The notes: a model not told the origin generated them from the sequence alone. A stretch of DNA of 24,352 nucleotides from Candidatus Wukongarchaeum yapensis (GCA_016840425.1 JAEOSI010000005.1:1-24352), one strand, 5' to 3'. Positions 7,225 to 16,642 are shown, counted from the stretch's first letter. Numbers and translations: made by a program.

Positions 7225-7578
7225 TGAACTGCCTCCGCCTTTCCAGACGGAGCTTCCTTACATGTCAAATGAGACGGATTCCATTTGACCACGTTGCCCG
7301 AGTTCACACAGGGATTACAGTTAGGAACGTTTTCCAACGCACCATACTGATACGTTTTGAGGGCGTTTATCGCCCCAATCATTTTCGCTGACCTTCTTTA
7401 ACATGATGCCTACTCTTCGGAGTTTGTACTCCAAGAGCGAGGTCAGCTTCCCGTAGCTCCATGAGAGGAGCTTCTCTATCCTAAAAGTATTTTGTGGAAG
7501 ATTTATATTTAATCACCCCTAATAGACATCCATCGCAATTCATCCCCCTTGCAGAAAAAGTCTTCTTACGACATGAAG
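7224..7578 (-). mobile_element. Non-autonomous, internally deleted tnpB-derived mini-element (IS605-family ends retained)
   Basis: On the minus strand: TTTAT, then left end CTTCATGTCGTAAGAAGACTTTTTCTGCAAGGGGGATGAATTGCG, then TnpB fragments RIEKLLSWSYGKLTSLLEYKLRRVGIMLKKVSE and (other frame) MIGAINALK, then right end GGAAGCTCCGTCTGGAAAGGCGGAGGCAGTTCAC. Removing 7224-7578 restores GAA GGG TAA TAA at the CDF2 stop. Confidence 0.8.
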
Positions 7579-7645
7579 ATAAATCAGAGAAAATGAGAAG
7601 GAAAAGATGAGACTTAGATAAAATTTTGTTGAGGAGAAGAGGATT

Positions 7646-8017
7646 GTGGCAAAAAAAGAGAGGAAAAAAGAGGAGAAGAGGATTGAGAGGGAAGAGACTG
7701 AAGAATTTACGGGTAAAAGCTATTTTGACGCGGATCTTTTAACGGTTTTCCCGAGGGGAGATACTGTCTCTCTTGAACGGAGGTTAAAGCAGGATCTATC
7801 GGAGAGTGTGGATGAAACTATTATTCAGACGGAATCAAAAATTGTGGGGTTAAAGGCGGCTCTTAAAGCCTTTTACAAGGGGAAAGAAGAGAGGGAAGAG
7901 CTTGAAGATGAGGAGTTGAGGAGAGAGGTTAGGGATTTAAATGAGGAAGAGATTGTTGCTTTGGCAAAAAGGATCTTGGAAAAGAATAAAAGAATTAGGA
8001 GAAAAAAGGATGGTTAA
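7646..8017 (+). CDS. Hypothetical charged, helical protein
   Basis: 123-aa ORF with a GAGGAG SD before GTG and K/E/R-rich codon usage like neighbouring genes. No family recognised. Confidence 0.65.
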   Translation: MAKKERKKEEKRIEREETEEFTGKSYFDADLLTVFPRGDTVSLERRLKQDLSESVDETIIQTESKIVGLKAALKAFYKGKEEREELEDEELRREVRDLNEEEIVALAKRILEKNKRIRRKKDG

Positions 8018-8141
8018 GAAGCGTATTGATGGTAAAAAAAGTTTTTAGAGATGTCGAGGAGGAAGGGAAAAGAAAGTGAGATCGTTTTTCGATTAGGATA
8101 ATTTTTAAATAAATTTGGGGTGTTGATAAGGGAGGAGTGTT

Positions 8142-9308
8142 TTGCTTATGTTTAATGAGAAGAGCATTTCTTTCCTTAAGCGTTTGAGTGAGTCTTTTGG
8201 TCCTAGTGGATTTGAGAGGGAACCTGTTAAGATAGTGAAAGAGTATGTTTCAGAGTATGTCGACGAAATTATTATGGATAAAATGGGATCTTTAATATTT
8301 AAAAAAGAAGGCGAGGATAAGGATGGGCCTAGGATTTTATTGCCTGGACATGTGGATGAGGTAGGTTTTATTGTCTCTTCCATAACTGATGAAGGATATC
8401 TTACTTTTAATACCCTTGGGGGATGGTTTGACCAAGTTTTGTTGAGTCAGAGGGTTCAAGTTAGGACGATGGAAGGAGATCTTGTTTTTGGCGTGATAGC
8501 TTCTAAGCCTCCTCACATCTTACCTCCTGAGGAGAGGAATAAGGTTGTGAAAAAGAGTATGATGTATATAGATGTGGGTTGTTCTTCGGATAAAGAGGTT
8601 GAAAAGCTTGGTATTAGGGTAGGAGATCCTATTGTTCCTTATTCAGAGTTTACTATGTTTGACCGTATCAAAATCATAGAAGATGAGAAGGAGAAAGAGA
8701 AAACAGGAGAGACTACCCCTCAAGAGAAGACCGTTAAGATGATCGCCGGAAAGGCTTTTGATGATAGGATAGGAGCTTTTGTTTCTGCAGAAGTAGTTAG
8801 AAAACTTTCTGAGGAGAATATTCCCCATAAAAACGTGGTTTTTGGCGCGGCAACTGTTCAAGAGGAAGTGGGTCTTAGAGGGGCAAGGACTACAGCCCAC
8901 GTGGTTGACCCGAGCGTAGCCATCGTTTTGGAGGTCGATATTGCTGGAGACGTTCCAGGGATAAAGCCTAATCAAGCGCCTTCTAAATTGAATAAGGGTG
9001 TTAGTATTATTACTTATGATGCTTCAATGGTCCCTAATCAGCCCCTTAAAGAACTGGTTATTAGGACGGCTGAGGAGGATAATATTCCATACCAACTTTC
9101 CGCTGTTGCTGGAGGAGGTACTGATGCGGGGATAATCCATATTTCTAGAGCCGGTTGTCCTTCGATAGTGTTTGGTATACCTACAAGACATATCCATTCT
9201 CATGTGGGTATTGCTTGTCTTGAAGATGTTAAGGCAACGATTGATTTAACAATTGAAGTTATAAAAAAACTGGATAGAGAAGTTGTAGAATCGTTAACGG
9301 CCGTATGA
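8142..9308 (+). CDS. M42 family metallo-aminopeptidase (TET/FrvX-like)
   Basis: GHVDEVG, GKAFDDRIG, VQEEVGLRGA, GGGTDAG and PTRHIHSH metal-ligand motifs; GGAGG SD upstream. Confidence 0.93.
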   Translation: MLMFNEKSISFLKRLSESFGPSGFEREPVKIVKEYVSEYVDEIIMDKMGSLIFKKEGEDKDGPRILLPGHVDEVGFIVSSITDEGYLTFNTLGGWFDQVLLSQRVQVRTMEGDLVFGVIASKPPHILPPEERNKVVKKSMMYIDVGCSSDKEVEKLGIRVGDPIVPYSEFTMFDRIKIIEDEKEKEKTGETTPQEKTVKMIAGKAFDDRIGAFVSAEVVRKLSEENIPHKNVVFGAATVQEEVGLRGARTTAHVVDPSVAIVLEVDIAGDVPGIKPNQAPSKLNKGVSIITYDASMVPNQPLKELVIRTAEEDNIPYQLSAVAGGGTDAGIIHISRAGCPSIVFGIPTRHIHSHVGIACLEDVKATIDLTIEVIKKLDREVVESLTAV

Positions 9309-9424
9309 GAAAGAAAATTAGGAGAGACTTAATGGGAATTCGATAAGGTTTTTTTGCAAAATGCTTTTATTTCTTTATTTTCTCTTAAATCTTAGGGCTT
9401 TTAACTGGAGATAGTTTTTTAGAG

Positions 9425-10531
9425 ATGGGTGGTTTTTTGTTTAATAAAGCAGAAGCGTTGGCTAAAAAGGCAGATGAAGCTCTAAAGCAGAGAGATGAGG
9501 TTAACGCTGCGAAATATTTGCAAGTTGCCGGGCGTGAGTATTTGAAGAGGGAGGAGTATTGGAAGGCTCAGGAAGCTTTTGTTAAGCTGATTTCTATATG
9601 GGCTGAAGCTAAGCTTATTGGAAGAATATTGAGTTTAAGTAAGCGAGTTGTACCATTATTTGCGAGAAAGAAAGCCTTTGAAGAAGCGGGAATAATTTTG
9701 ATGATTTGTGCTAATCAGGCTTTTAACAACGACCTCTTGATCGAGGCTGCAGAGCTTTATGAAAGTGCTGCAAATTTTTTGGGAAAATATGGTAAAAAGG
9801 AGATCAAAGGGGCAGTTGCTGCAAATTTAGCCCGTGCAGCAGAATGTTATGGAGCTTGTGGTAAAACGCGTAAAGCGGAAACATTGTTAATTCATGCGGT
9901 GATGGCTGCTTTAAAAGTGGATGAGGAGTTGCTTGAGCTTGATGGTAGAGGGTGGAATGCTGTCAACAAGGGAAATTTTGAAGAAGCTGCAGAGATTTTT
10001 AAGTCTGTAAGTAGTATTTTTGAGCGAGGAGCTTCTGAGCTTAACATAGTCATTATGAGTCATAAAATCGGGAAATTGAACGTAAATTCCCACGCAAAAT
10101 TACAGCATTTCACAGCCTTATATGCGCTATTATCAGGTCTTTTTTATTCGGAGATAGGAGATGAAAATAGTTTTATTGAAGCATTAGGGAAAGCCCAGAA
10201 GATCGGCCAAGAAGCCCTTGAATGCACGGCTATAATATTAGAAGCAGGAAAAGCAAACAATGATGATGAAAACCGGGCGCTACTTGATCTTTTTATTCAC
10301 TGTATTGCGTGTTATCTGACGGGGGTTCCATGGGAAGCAAACAAGATGTTTGATAAAATAAGCGTTTTACTTAACGATAAGAAGAACAATAAGAGGCTCA
10401 TCATGGCTTGTGAGGCAATAATCGACGGCCATATACCTGAAACCATAGAGATGATACCCTTTTTAAAGCTTGGAAAGCTTGGCAATTTAAAAAATATACT
10501 TATAGAAAGATTAGAAAAAGAAGAAAAATAG
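9425..10531 (+). CDS. Alpha-helical TPR / alpha-SNAP-like repeat protein
   Basis: Ala-rich helical repeats such as NAAKYLQVAGREY, EAAELYESAANFL, LARAAECYGACG and EEAAEIFKSVS. 368 aa, no catalytic motifs seen. Confidence 0.6.
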   Translation: MGGFLFNKAEALAKKADEALKQRDEVNAAKYLQVAGREYLKREEYWKAQEAFVKLISIWAEAKLIGRILSLSKRVVPLFARKKAFEEAGIILMICANQAFNNDLLIEAAELYESAANFLGKYGKKEIKGAVAANLARAAECYGACGKTRKAETLLIHAVMAALKVDEELLELDGRGWNAVNKGNFEEAAEIFKSVSSIFERGASELNIVIMSHKIGKLNVNSHAKLQHFTALYALLSGLFYSEIGDENSFIEALGKAQKIGQEALECTAIILEAGKANNDDENRALLDLFIHCIACYLTGVPWEANKMFDKISVLLNDKKNNKRLIMACEAIIDGHIPETIEMIPFLKLGKLGNLKNILIERLEKEEK

Positions 10532-10632
10532 AAAAAAGTAAGTCTTTACTAAAAATGGAAAAGAAATTATTTTTTTACTTTTTATTGTAAGATTTTCTTA
10601 TCGAATTTAAATTATGGATTTTCTTGTGAGCG

Positions 10633-11100
10633 TTGTTTTTTTTGACGACTGAAAAAAATGATTGTTTTAGTGTTTTTGAAGTTGCTAAAAAAATGGAAGC
10701 AGAAGGAAGATTAGAAGACGCTGTTGCCTTTTTTGACAAAGCTGGAGAATGTTTTTTGCGAAATCGCGAACTACTTTTTGCTTTTAAATCGTTTCTTTGC
10801 TGTGCAAATATTTATGAAAAAATAGGGGATTTAAAGGAAGTTTTGCGTTGTGCTAAAAAAGCTACATTGCTTGGTGATGAACTTTTTGCTCAAGAGAAGA
10901 TGGAGTTTTTTGAGTTCGGCGAAGCATTGTTTGTAATGGCTTCAGCTTTGGGCAAAATGAATAGGAAAAAAGAGGCTTTAAAGGTTTTAGAATATACAAT
11001 GAATTTAGATGAAAGGGAAGAAAAAGAGGGAGGGAAGAAACCATCATGGATTGAGGAAGCGATGGTTCTTCTAGAAAATCTAAAAAAAAGAGAATGTTGA
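10633..11100 (+). CDS. Small TPR-like protein
   Basis: EGRLEDAVAFFDKAGECF, ANIYEKIGDLKEVLRCAKKA and ALGKMNRKKEALKVLEYTMNLD fit TPR helix-pair patterns. The start codon is uncertain. Confidence 0.6.
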   Translation: MFFLTTEKNDCFSVFEVAKKMEAEGRLEDAVAFFDKAGECFLRNRELLFAFKSFLCCANIYEKIGDLKEVLRCAKKATLLGDELFAQEKMEFFEFGEALFVMASALGKMNRKKEALKVLEYTMNLDEREEKEGGKKPSWIEEAMVLLENLKKREC

Positions 11101-11130
11101 ATGATTTATAGATAATGCGCTTTTTCGAAA

Positions 11131-11144
11131 GAAAGCTTTAAAAA
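11131..11144 (+). promoter_or_regulatory. Candidate archaeal BRE/TATA promoter of argG
   Basis: GAAAGC followed by TTTAAAAA, about 42 bp upstream of the probable ATG at 11186. Pattern match only. Confidence 0.4.
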
Positions 11145-11185
11145 CATGATTAAGGATAGTGTTTACTTCGCTGGAGAAAAGTATT

Positions 11186-12409
11186 ATGGAGCAAAAAAAG
11201 GTAGTCTTGGCTTTCAGTGGTGGTCTTGATACTAGTGTTGCCATACCTTTTCTTAAAGAAAAAGAAGGAGCAGAAGTTATCACGGTTACTCTTGATGTCG
11301 GGGGACCTGTAAACCCGGAACTTTTAAGGGAGAAATCTTTGAAATATGGTGCTATCAAGCATTACGCCATCGATGCCAAAGAAGAATTTGCTCGAGAATA
11401 TGTTTTTCAAGCTATAAAAGCTAATGCCTTATATGAAGGTAAATATCCTGTGATCTCTTCGCTTTCTCGTCCTTTAATAGCTAAATATTTGATGGAAATA
11501 GCGAAGAAAGAAGGAGCAAATATTTTAGCACACGCATGCACAGGAAAAGGCAACGATCAGGTTAGGCTTGATGTAACTATTAAGGCTTTAGCGGGAGATA
11601 TTAAAGATTTGAAGGTCGTTTCTCCTCCAAGAGATTTCGGCTTAACGCGGGAATGGGAGATAGATTACGGAAAGCAGAGGGGTATTGAGGTCGTCTCTAA
11701 AGAAAGCCCATATAGTATTGATGAGAATTTGTTTGGTCGGAGTATCGAGTGTGGACAGATTGAATATCCTGAAAAGGAACCTCCGACTGATGCTTTTGAA
11801 TGGACAGTCCCTCCTGAAGAGGCACCGGATAAACCAGAGTATGTTACGATAACCTTTGAGAAGGGAGAGCCTGTAGCTTTAAACGGTGAAAGACTTAGCG
11901 GTTCAGAACTCCTTACTAAGCTTAATGAAATAGCGGGAGCCCATGGAGTGGGAAGGATTGACCACATAGAGGACAGGCTTGTAGGTATAAAAAGCAGGGA
12001 AGTTTACGAAGCACCAGCGGCAACAGTTTTGATTGAAGCACATCATGATCTTGAAAAACTTGTTTTAACAAGGCATGAGGTATTGTTTAAACCGTTGATA
12101 GATGCTAAATGGGTTGAGATGGTTTATAACGGCCTATGGGTAGAGCCCTTAATGGGATCTCTTAACGCTTTCATTAATGAGACACAGAAAAGGGTTAATG
12201 GCACTGTTAAAGTGAAACTTTACAAAGGTAGCTACATAGTTGTTGGTAGAAGTTCTCCTAACTCCTTGTACAGTTATGATCTGGCTACCTATAATATCGA
12301 TTCAAGCTTTGATCAGACTGCGGCGAGGGGTTTCATAGAACTTTGGGGTCTTCCCTCTATCGTTGCAGCTCAAGTGAAAGAGAAGCAAGAACAAGAAAGA
12401 AAAAAGTAA
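11186..12409 (+). CDS. argG: Argininosuccinate synthase
   Basis: KVVLAFSGGLDTS, HACTGKGNDQVR, YSIDENLFGRSIE, GRIDHIEDRLVGIKSREVYEAPAA and FDQTAARGFIELWGL. ATG 11186 (GGAG upstream) is preferred over GTG 11159. Confidence 0.97.
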   Translation: MEQKKVVLAFSGGLDTSVAIPFLKEKEGAEVITVTLDVGGPVNPELLREKSLKYGAIKHYAIDAKEEFAREYVFQAIKANALYEGKYPVISSLSRPLIAKYLMEIAKKEGANILAHACTGKGNDQVRLDVTIKALAGDIKDLKVVSPPRDFGLTREWEIDYGKQRGIEVVSKESPYSIDENLFGRSIECGQIEYPEKEPPTDAFEWTVPPEEAPDKPEYVTITFEKGEPVALNGERLSGSELLTKLNEIAGAHGVGRIDHIEDRLVGIKSREVYEAPAATVLIEAHHDLEKLVLTRHEVLFKPLIDAKWVEMVYNGLWVEPLMGSLNAFINETQKRVNGTVKVKLYKGSYIVVGRSSPNSLYSYDLATYNIDSSFDQTAARGFIELWGLPSIVAAQVKEKQEQERKK

Positions 12410-12460
12410 AAACTAAACCTCGACCATAAATTTCTTTCATATTTGACTTGTCTAAAGTTT

Positions 12461-13849
12461 TTAGCTTATGTCGATTAGGATGGCTACGTCTGTAACATTG
12501 GTTTTTGTTGGACCTGTCATAATTAGGTCTTTTAGGTTTTTGAAGAAGTTGTATGCGTCATTATTTTCAAGGTATGAGTCAGGGTTTAAGGCTTTTTCCA
12601 AGGCTTTTTCTACCGTTTTGCCGTCGACTATGGCTCCAGCGGCATCTGTAGGGCCGTCAATTCCGTCGGTGCCACAAGAAACTATTGAGACAGCGTTTAG
12701 ATCTTGGATCTCTTTGCTTGCAGCGAGGGTAAGTTCTTGGTTTCTGCCTCCTAACCCTTTGCCTTTTACTGTTACTGTTGTTTCTCCGCCAAAGATTAGG
12801 GCGTAGGGGGGAGAGAAGGTTTGGGAGTTTATCGTTTTTTCCCTTGCAGCTTTTCCTATGGTTGAGCCTATTATTTTTGCTTCTCCTTGCATTTTTGTAG
12901 TCCATATTATGGCTTTTAACCCTTCTTCTTTCGCTTTTTTTGCTGCTGCTTCACAAGCTTGGGCGTTGTTGGCAACTATCACATTATAAACTTGCTTAAA
13001 AATCGGGTCTTCAGGCTTTGGGGTCTCCGGTATTATGCCTTCTAACCCTTTTCTTATGCGATTTAGGGCGGTTTCTGGTAAATCTTTTAGGAGGTTGTAT
13101 TTTTTGAGAATCATTTGGGCTTCTTTGAAGGTGGTGGTATCGGGGGCGGTTGGACCGCTGGCTATAGCTTCTAAGGGATCGCCCACGACATCGCTTATTA
13201 TAAGTGAGATCACTGTCGCAGGGTAGGCTGCTTTTGCTAATTGACCACCTTTGATTTGGGAGAGATGCTTTCTCACAGTATTAACTTCACCGATATTTGC
13301 CCCAGATTTTAAAAGTAGGCTGGTGACTTTTTGAATTTCCTCTAGTTTAATATTATTTGCGGGAAATGGTAATAGGGCGGATCCTCCTCCAGAAATTAGG
13401 GCGATTACCAGATCCTCTTTTTCACCATCTTTTAGGAGGTTAAAGATCTTTTCACAACCTTTAACTCCTTCGTTATCGGGTATCGGGTGTGATGCGCCGA
13501 TAACTTCTATGCTGGAGGTTTGAAATTCGTGTTCTGTACTTTTTAAAACGGTGATGATGCCTGTGGTTATGTGATTCTTTAAGATTTTTTCAAGCTCTTG
13601 AGCCATTAAGCCCGTTGCTTTTCCCCCTCCTACAACAAATATGTGGTTAAAGTCGTTCAGGTTAAAAGATATACTGTCTACTAAAAGTTTAGCGTTATTT
13701 TCTATTTTTACGTGGTTTTTTATAGCGGTTTTTGGATTTGCCTCGCGAATAGCGGCTTCAATCATTGATAACGCGAGAAACCTGGCTTTTTTGTCTTCGG
13801 GAGTAACGCTGTTTTCAACTAGCTCAGAAAAATTTTTGATAAGATGCAA
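12461..13849 (-). CDS. gck: Glycerate 2-kinase (MOFRL family)
   Basis: VVGGGKA, GASHPIPD, LISGGGSALL, NTVRKHLSQIKGGQLA, IISDVVGD, IASGPT, GGETTV, GGRNQE, GTDGIDG and TGPTKTNVTD. Confidence 0.93.
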   Translation of the reverse strand: MHLIKNFSELVENSVTPEDKKARFLALSMIEAAIREANPKTAIKNHVKIENNAKLLVDSISFNLNDFNHIFVVGGGKATGLMAQELEKILKNHITTGIITVLKSTEHEFQTSSIEVIGASHPIPDNEGVKGCEKIFNLLKDGEKEDLVIALISGGGSALLPFPANNIKLEEIQKVTSLLLKSGANIGEVNTVRKHLSQIKGGQLAKAAYPATVISLIISDVVGDPLEAIASGPTAPDTTTFKEAQMILKKYNLLKDLPETALNRIRKGLEGIIPETPKPEDPIFKQVYNVIVANNAQACEAAAKKAKEEGLKAIIWTTKMQGEAKIIGSTIGKAAREKTINSQTFSPPYALIFGGETTVTVKGKGLGGRNQELTLAASKEIQDLNAVSIVSCGTDGIDGPTDAAGAIVDGKTVEKALEKALNPDSYLENNDAYNFFKNLKDLIMTGPTKTNVTDVAILIDIS

Positions 13850-13922
13850 CGATTTTTACCCCTTTAAAACTAATATTCTTTCAAGAGAAATAAATTATTT
13901 TTAAAAAACTCAAAAAAGCTTT

Positions 13923-13958
13923 TTATTTTATTGGGTCAAATTATTTTATTGGGTCAAA
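13923..13958. repeat. Perfect tandem 18-bp direct repeat TTATTTTATTGGGTCAAA x2
   Basis: Copies at 13923-13940 and 13941-13958, intergenic and upstream of the glycerate kinase gene. Confidence 0.9.
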
Positions 13959-13980
13959 GAAAAACGGATAATTAGGGGGT

Positions 13981-14391
13981 TTAAGGGGCTCCACGGATTA
14001 AGCGTGCCACCAACAGTTGTACGGTTTCACAATTTTCTAACAACTCTTCTTCAGAAACCATGTCACGATAAGGACAGGTTTTATCAAGAACACATTTCCT
14101 GCGCAACAGGTCAAAAACTATTGGATATAGTCTACAGCCTTCAGGCCTGTTTTCATAAACTGTGCACAAACCTTTTTCCAGATCTAAGAAGAAGCATAAG
14201 CCTTTGATATTGCGTAGTTTTAGAAAGTTTCCATCTTTTATGCAAAACTCTTCTCTTTTAAAGCCTAATTTTTCTAATCGTTCAATGTCTTTTCCGGTTA
14301 GCATCATTTCGGTTTCTTTGCAACATTCAAAACAGCCTTTTTCAAGGCAAATGCTACCATTTAAAGGAGTTAGAGAGGGCTGAAGGCTCAT
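13981..14391 (-). CDS. YkgJ family cysteine-cluster (putative Zn/Fe-S) protein
   Basis: CLEKGCFECC ... LCFFLD...LCTVYENRPEGCRLYP ... CPY pattern. Confidence 0.85.
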   Translation of the reverse strand: MSLQPSLTPLNGSICLEKGCFECCKETEMMLTGKDIERLEKLGFKREEFCIKDGNFLKLRNIKGLCFFLDLEKGLCTVYENRPEGCRLYPIVFDLLRRKCVLDKTCPYRDMVSEEELLENCETVQLLVARLIRGAP

Positions 14392-14412
14392 AAGAACGCC
14401 AACATCCTGGCT

Positions 14413-16512
14413 TTAACTATGAAATATCATCGGTTTTAGACGGAAGGTTTTGCGCTTTTCAAAAAAAGGAAGAATAAAGGGTTTTAAAACAGTAGAAAGA
14501 AGTAGTAAAACAAAAACATGCAGACCATATGAACCCATCATACCATAGAACTTAGAAGTCGTTGATGAAGGAACCTCTGTCGAAGTTTTTAACGGTTTAA
14601 CAGGGTTTTCACCTATAGATAAAGGATCTGGCTGACCTATAACGCCAACTATTGTTATGTTAACAAGTGATTCATCTGGCCATGTTGCTTGTATAGTGTG
14701 AGGTCCTGGCGACCAACTGCTTGTATCAGCACCATCAATGATTACAGTAGCTATTCCTGAACCGTTAGTAATGTCTGAGTCAGACCATACGGAGTTTTGG
14801 TCTGCGAAATTTATGTTTTCACCTGGTTGAGGTAATCCACCAACATCAGTTAGATGAGCGTATATTTCTATCGATTCACCTTGATTTATAACTGTGTTAT
14901 TAGCCCATACATTCAATGTATAGGGGGGATTTACGTATATTGGAATTCGATCTTCAACGGTTCCAAAGTAAGCTCGGATTATATACATTCCTGGGCTTAA
15001 ACCGGTAGTATCGTAGGTTATACTCGCCTGTCCTAAAAAGTCAGTATTATCTGTACCTATTGTTTGTGTCGTGTTGAGGTTCTCGAAAGTGATCGGTACT
15101 CCTTGCTGAGGTACAGGAGGAGAATCACCTGAAGTAGCCATAGCTGTAATTGTTATAAGATCCCCTTGTGTAACTATGGGCGGATCTGGATTTGTGGAAA
15201 TTATTGTTATATCATAATCGCTTCTGACTACGTTGGGATCTTTGGGGTTGGCCAAGATATCAGCTGCTGGGTGTTCCCCTGGGTCAAAACCAACCCATCT
15301 TCCTTCCCCTCCCGGAAGGGGTATGTAAACTTCTACCCATGAATGAATATAAAGGGCTCTAACATTTCTTATGTCGTTGTCTTGATCGCCGTAAACGAAA
15401 CCTGTCACTGCTCTAGCAGCTATGTTTTCGAGGTTTAGTAATGTAGCCATAGCCATGGCGAAATGAATCGATACACCGCTTCCTCGATCTAAGAACCATT
15501 CTACATAATCTTCATCTTCTGAGGGTGTATCCGTTGAACCTGATTGGAGCATATCATAATCGTAATAGTAATTAGTGCTCAAATAGCCAAGAACAGCCAT
15601 GGCTTGCCCAAAAACATTTAGGCTAGGTTCGTTTAGATCGGCTGCTAGCTGTATTGTGGTGCTCAGGTTGTTACCGTTAAAGTTTTCGGGATAACCGTCA
15701 GGTAGAATCATGAAATTATCTAGGACGCTTTGGGGTATATCATCACGGTTTAAAGACTGGGAAGAGATATCGCCTATATCATCGGTTATAAAGGGCGTGT
15801 CGTACTGAAGCTTGTAGGAACTTACGCCAGTCTCTTCAAGGGTGAAGAGTAACGTCCTGTAATCTGTTTGACCTACTTGCATTCCCGCTTCTGTACCTTC
15901 AACTGTAACGCTCCATACCCAACCGCCTGTATCATTAATCAATACCATGTCGGGATAGATTCTTTCCTCTTGTTCATAAGACCAGTGGGCAGGGATATAC
16001 TCGGGGTAGGGTGAATAGCTCATATTTTTAATGACAGTCATTGGGGTATTAATAGGAGGAATGGGATCGTGGTTTGGTAAACTATAATAATCAAAGGAGT
16101 TGGTTAAAGATTTTTCAATCCCGTGACCTGTATAGGTGTCATAACACTCAAGACGCCAATAAGCACCATAATTGCTGGCCAATGTTGATGAACCGTATTG
16201 AACTTGGAATACGAGCATTTGAGGGTCTTGTATGCCTAAGCTAAATTGGGAGAGGGCGGTAAGGGGTATGTAGTCGGGAAGGGCATCTATGGGTATTACG
16301 GGGTTTATGCCGTCAAAAACATTGTTATACCAGTCGGGGTCGAGGGTGGATTGGGGTGCGTCTTCAGGGTTTTGGTGATGGGTTTTCCCCCATTGGGTTA
16401 AGTAGGGAGACATTAGAATCAAGATGAACACGATGGTAGGGAGGGCGATAATAATGCTTCTTTTTTTGCTCCGTCCGCTAACTGGGGAAGATGTTGAACT
16501 CACCTGATACAA
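14413..16512 (-). CDS. Membrane-anchored transglutaminase-like domain protein with two Ig-like (Big-type) repeats
   Basis: N-terminal basic-plus-hydrophobic segment; YWRLECYDTYTG (DUF3488/TgpA-like); TGase core GSGVSIHFAMAMATLL...ARAVTGF...HSWVEVY...WVGFDP; two repeats of ITITA/IEIYA...G.P.T.....T...G.A.I....PG.(Y/H).I.A; C-terminal hydrophobic helix. Confidence 0.8.
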   Translation of the reverse strand: MYQVSSTSSPVSGRSKKRSIIIALPTIVFILILMSPYLTQWGKTHHQNPEDAPQSTLDPDWYNNVFDGINPVIPIDALPDYIPLTALSQFSLGIQDPQMLVFQVQYGSSTLASNYGAYWRLECYDTYTGHGIEKSLTNSFDYYSLPNHDPIPPINTPMTVIKNMSYSPYPEYIPAHWSYEQEERIYPDMVLINDTGGWVWSVTVEGTEAGMQVGQTDYRTLLFTLEETGVSSYKLQYDTPFITDDIGDISSQSLNRDDIPQSVLDNFMILPDGYPENFNGNNLSTTIQLAADLNEPSLNVFGQAMAVLGYLSTNYYYDYDMLQSGSTDTPSEDEDYVEWFLDRGSGVSIHFAMAMATLLNLENIAARAVTGFVYGDQDNDIRNVRALYIHSWVEVYIPLPGGEGRWVGFDPGEHPAADILANPKDPNVVRSDYDITIISTNPDPPIVTQGDLITITAMATSGDSPPVPQQGVPITFENLNTTQTIGTDNTDFLGQASITYDTTGLSPGMYIIRAYFGTVEDRIPIYVNPPYTLNVWANNTVINQGESIEIYAHLTDVGGLPQPGENINFADQNSVWSDSDITNGSGIATVIIDGADTSSWSPGPHTIQATWPDESLVNITIVGVIGQPDPLSIGENPVKPLKTSTEVPSSTTSKFYGMMGSYGLHVFVLLLLSTVLKPFILPFFEKRKTFRLKPMIFHS

Positions 16513-16642
16513 ACCCCTTCATCAGATATATAATATATACGGTTTAAGTAATAAAATTCTTTGCTTTTTGGTTAAGCAAAAATAGATCTTTTAAAAGGGG
16601 TAAATGGGGGTTTTAGATGGTTTTTTAGGGGGGGGTTATTTG

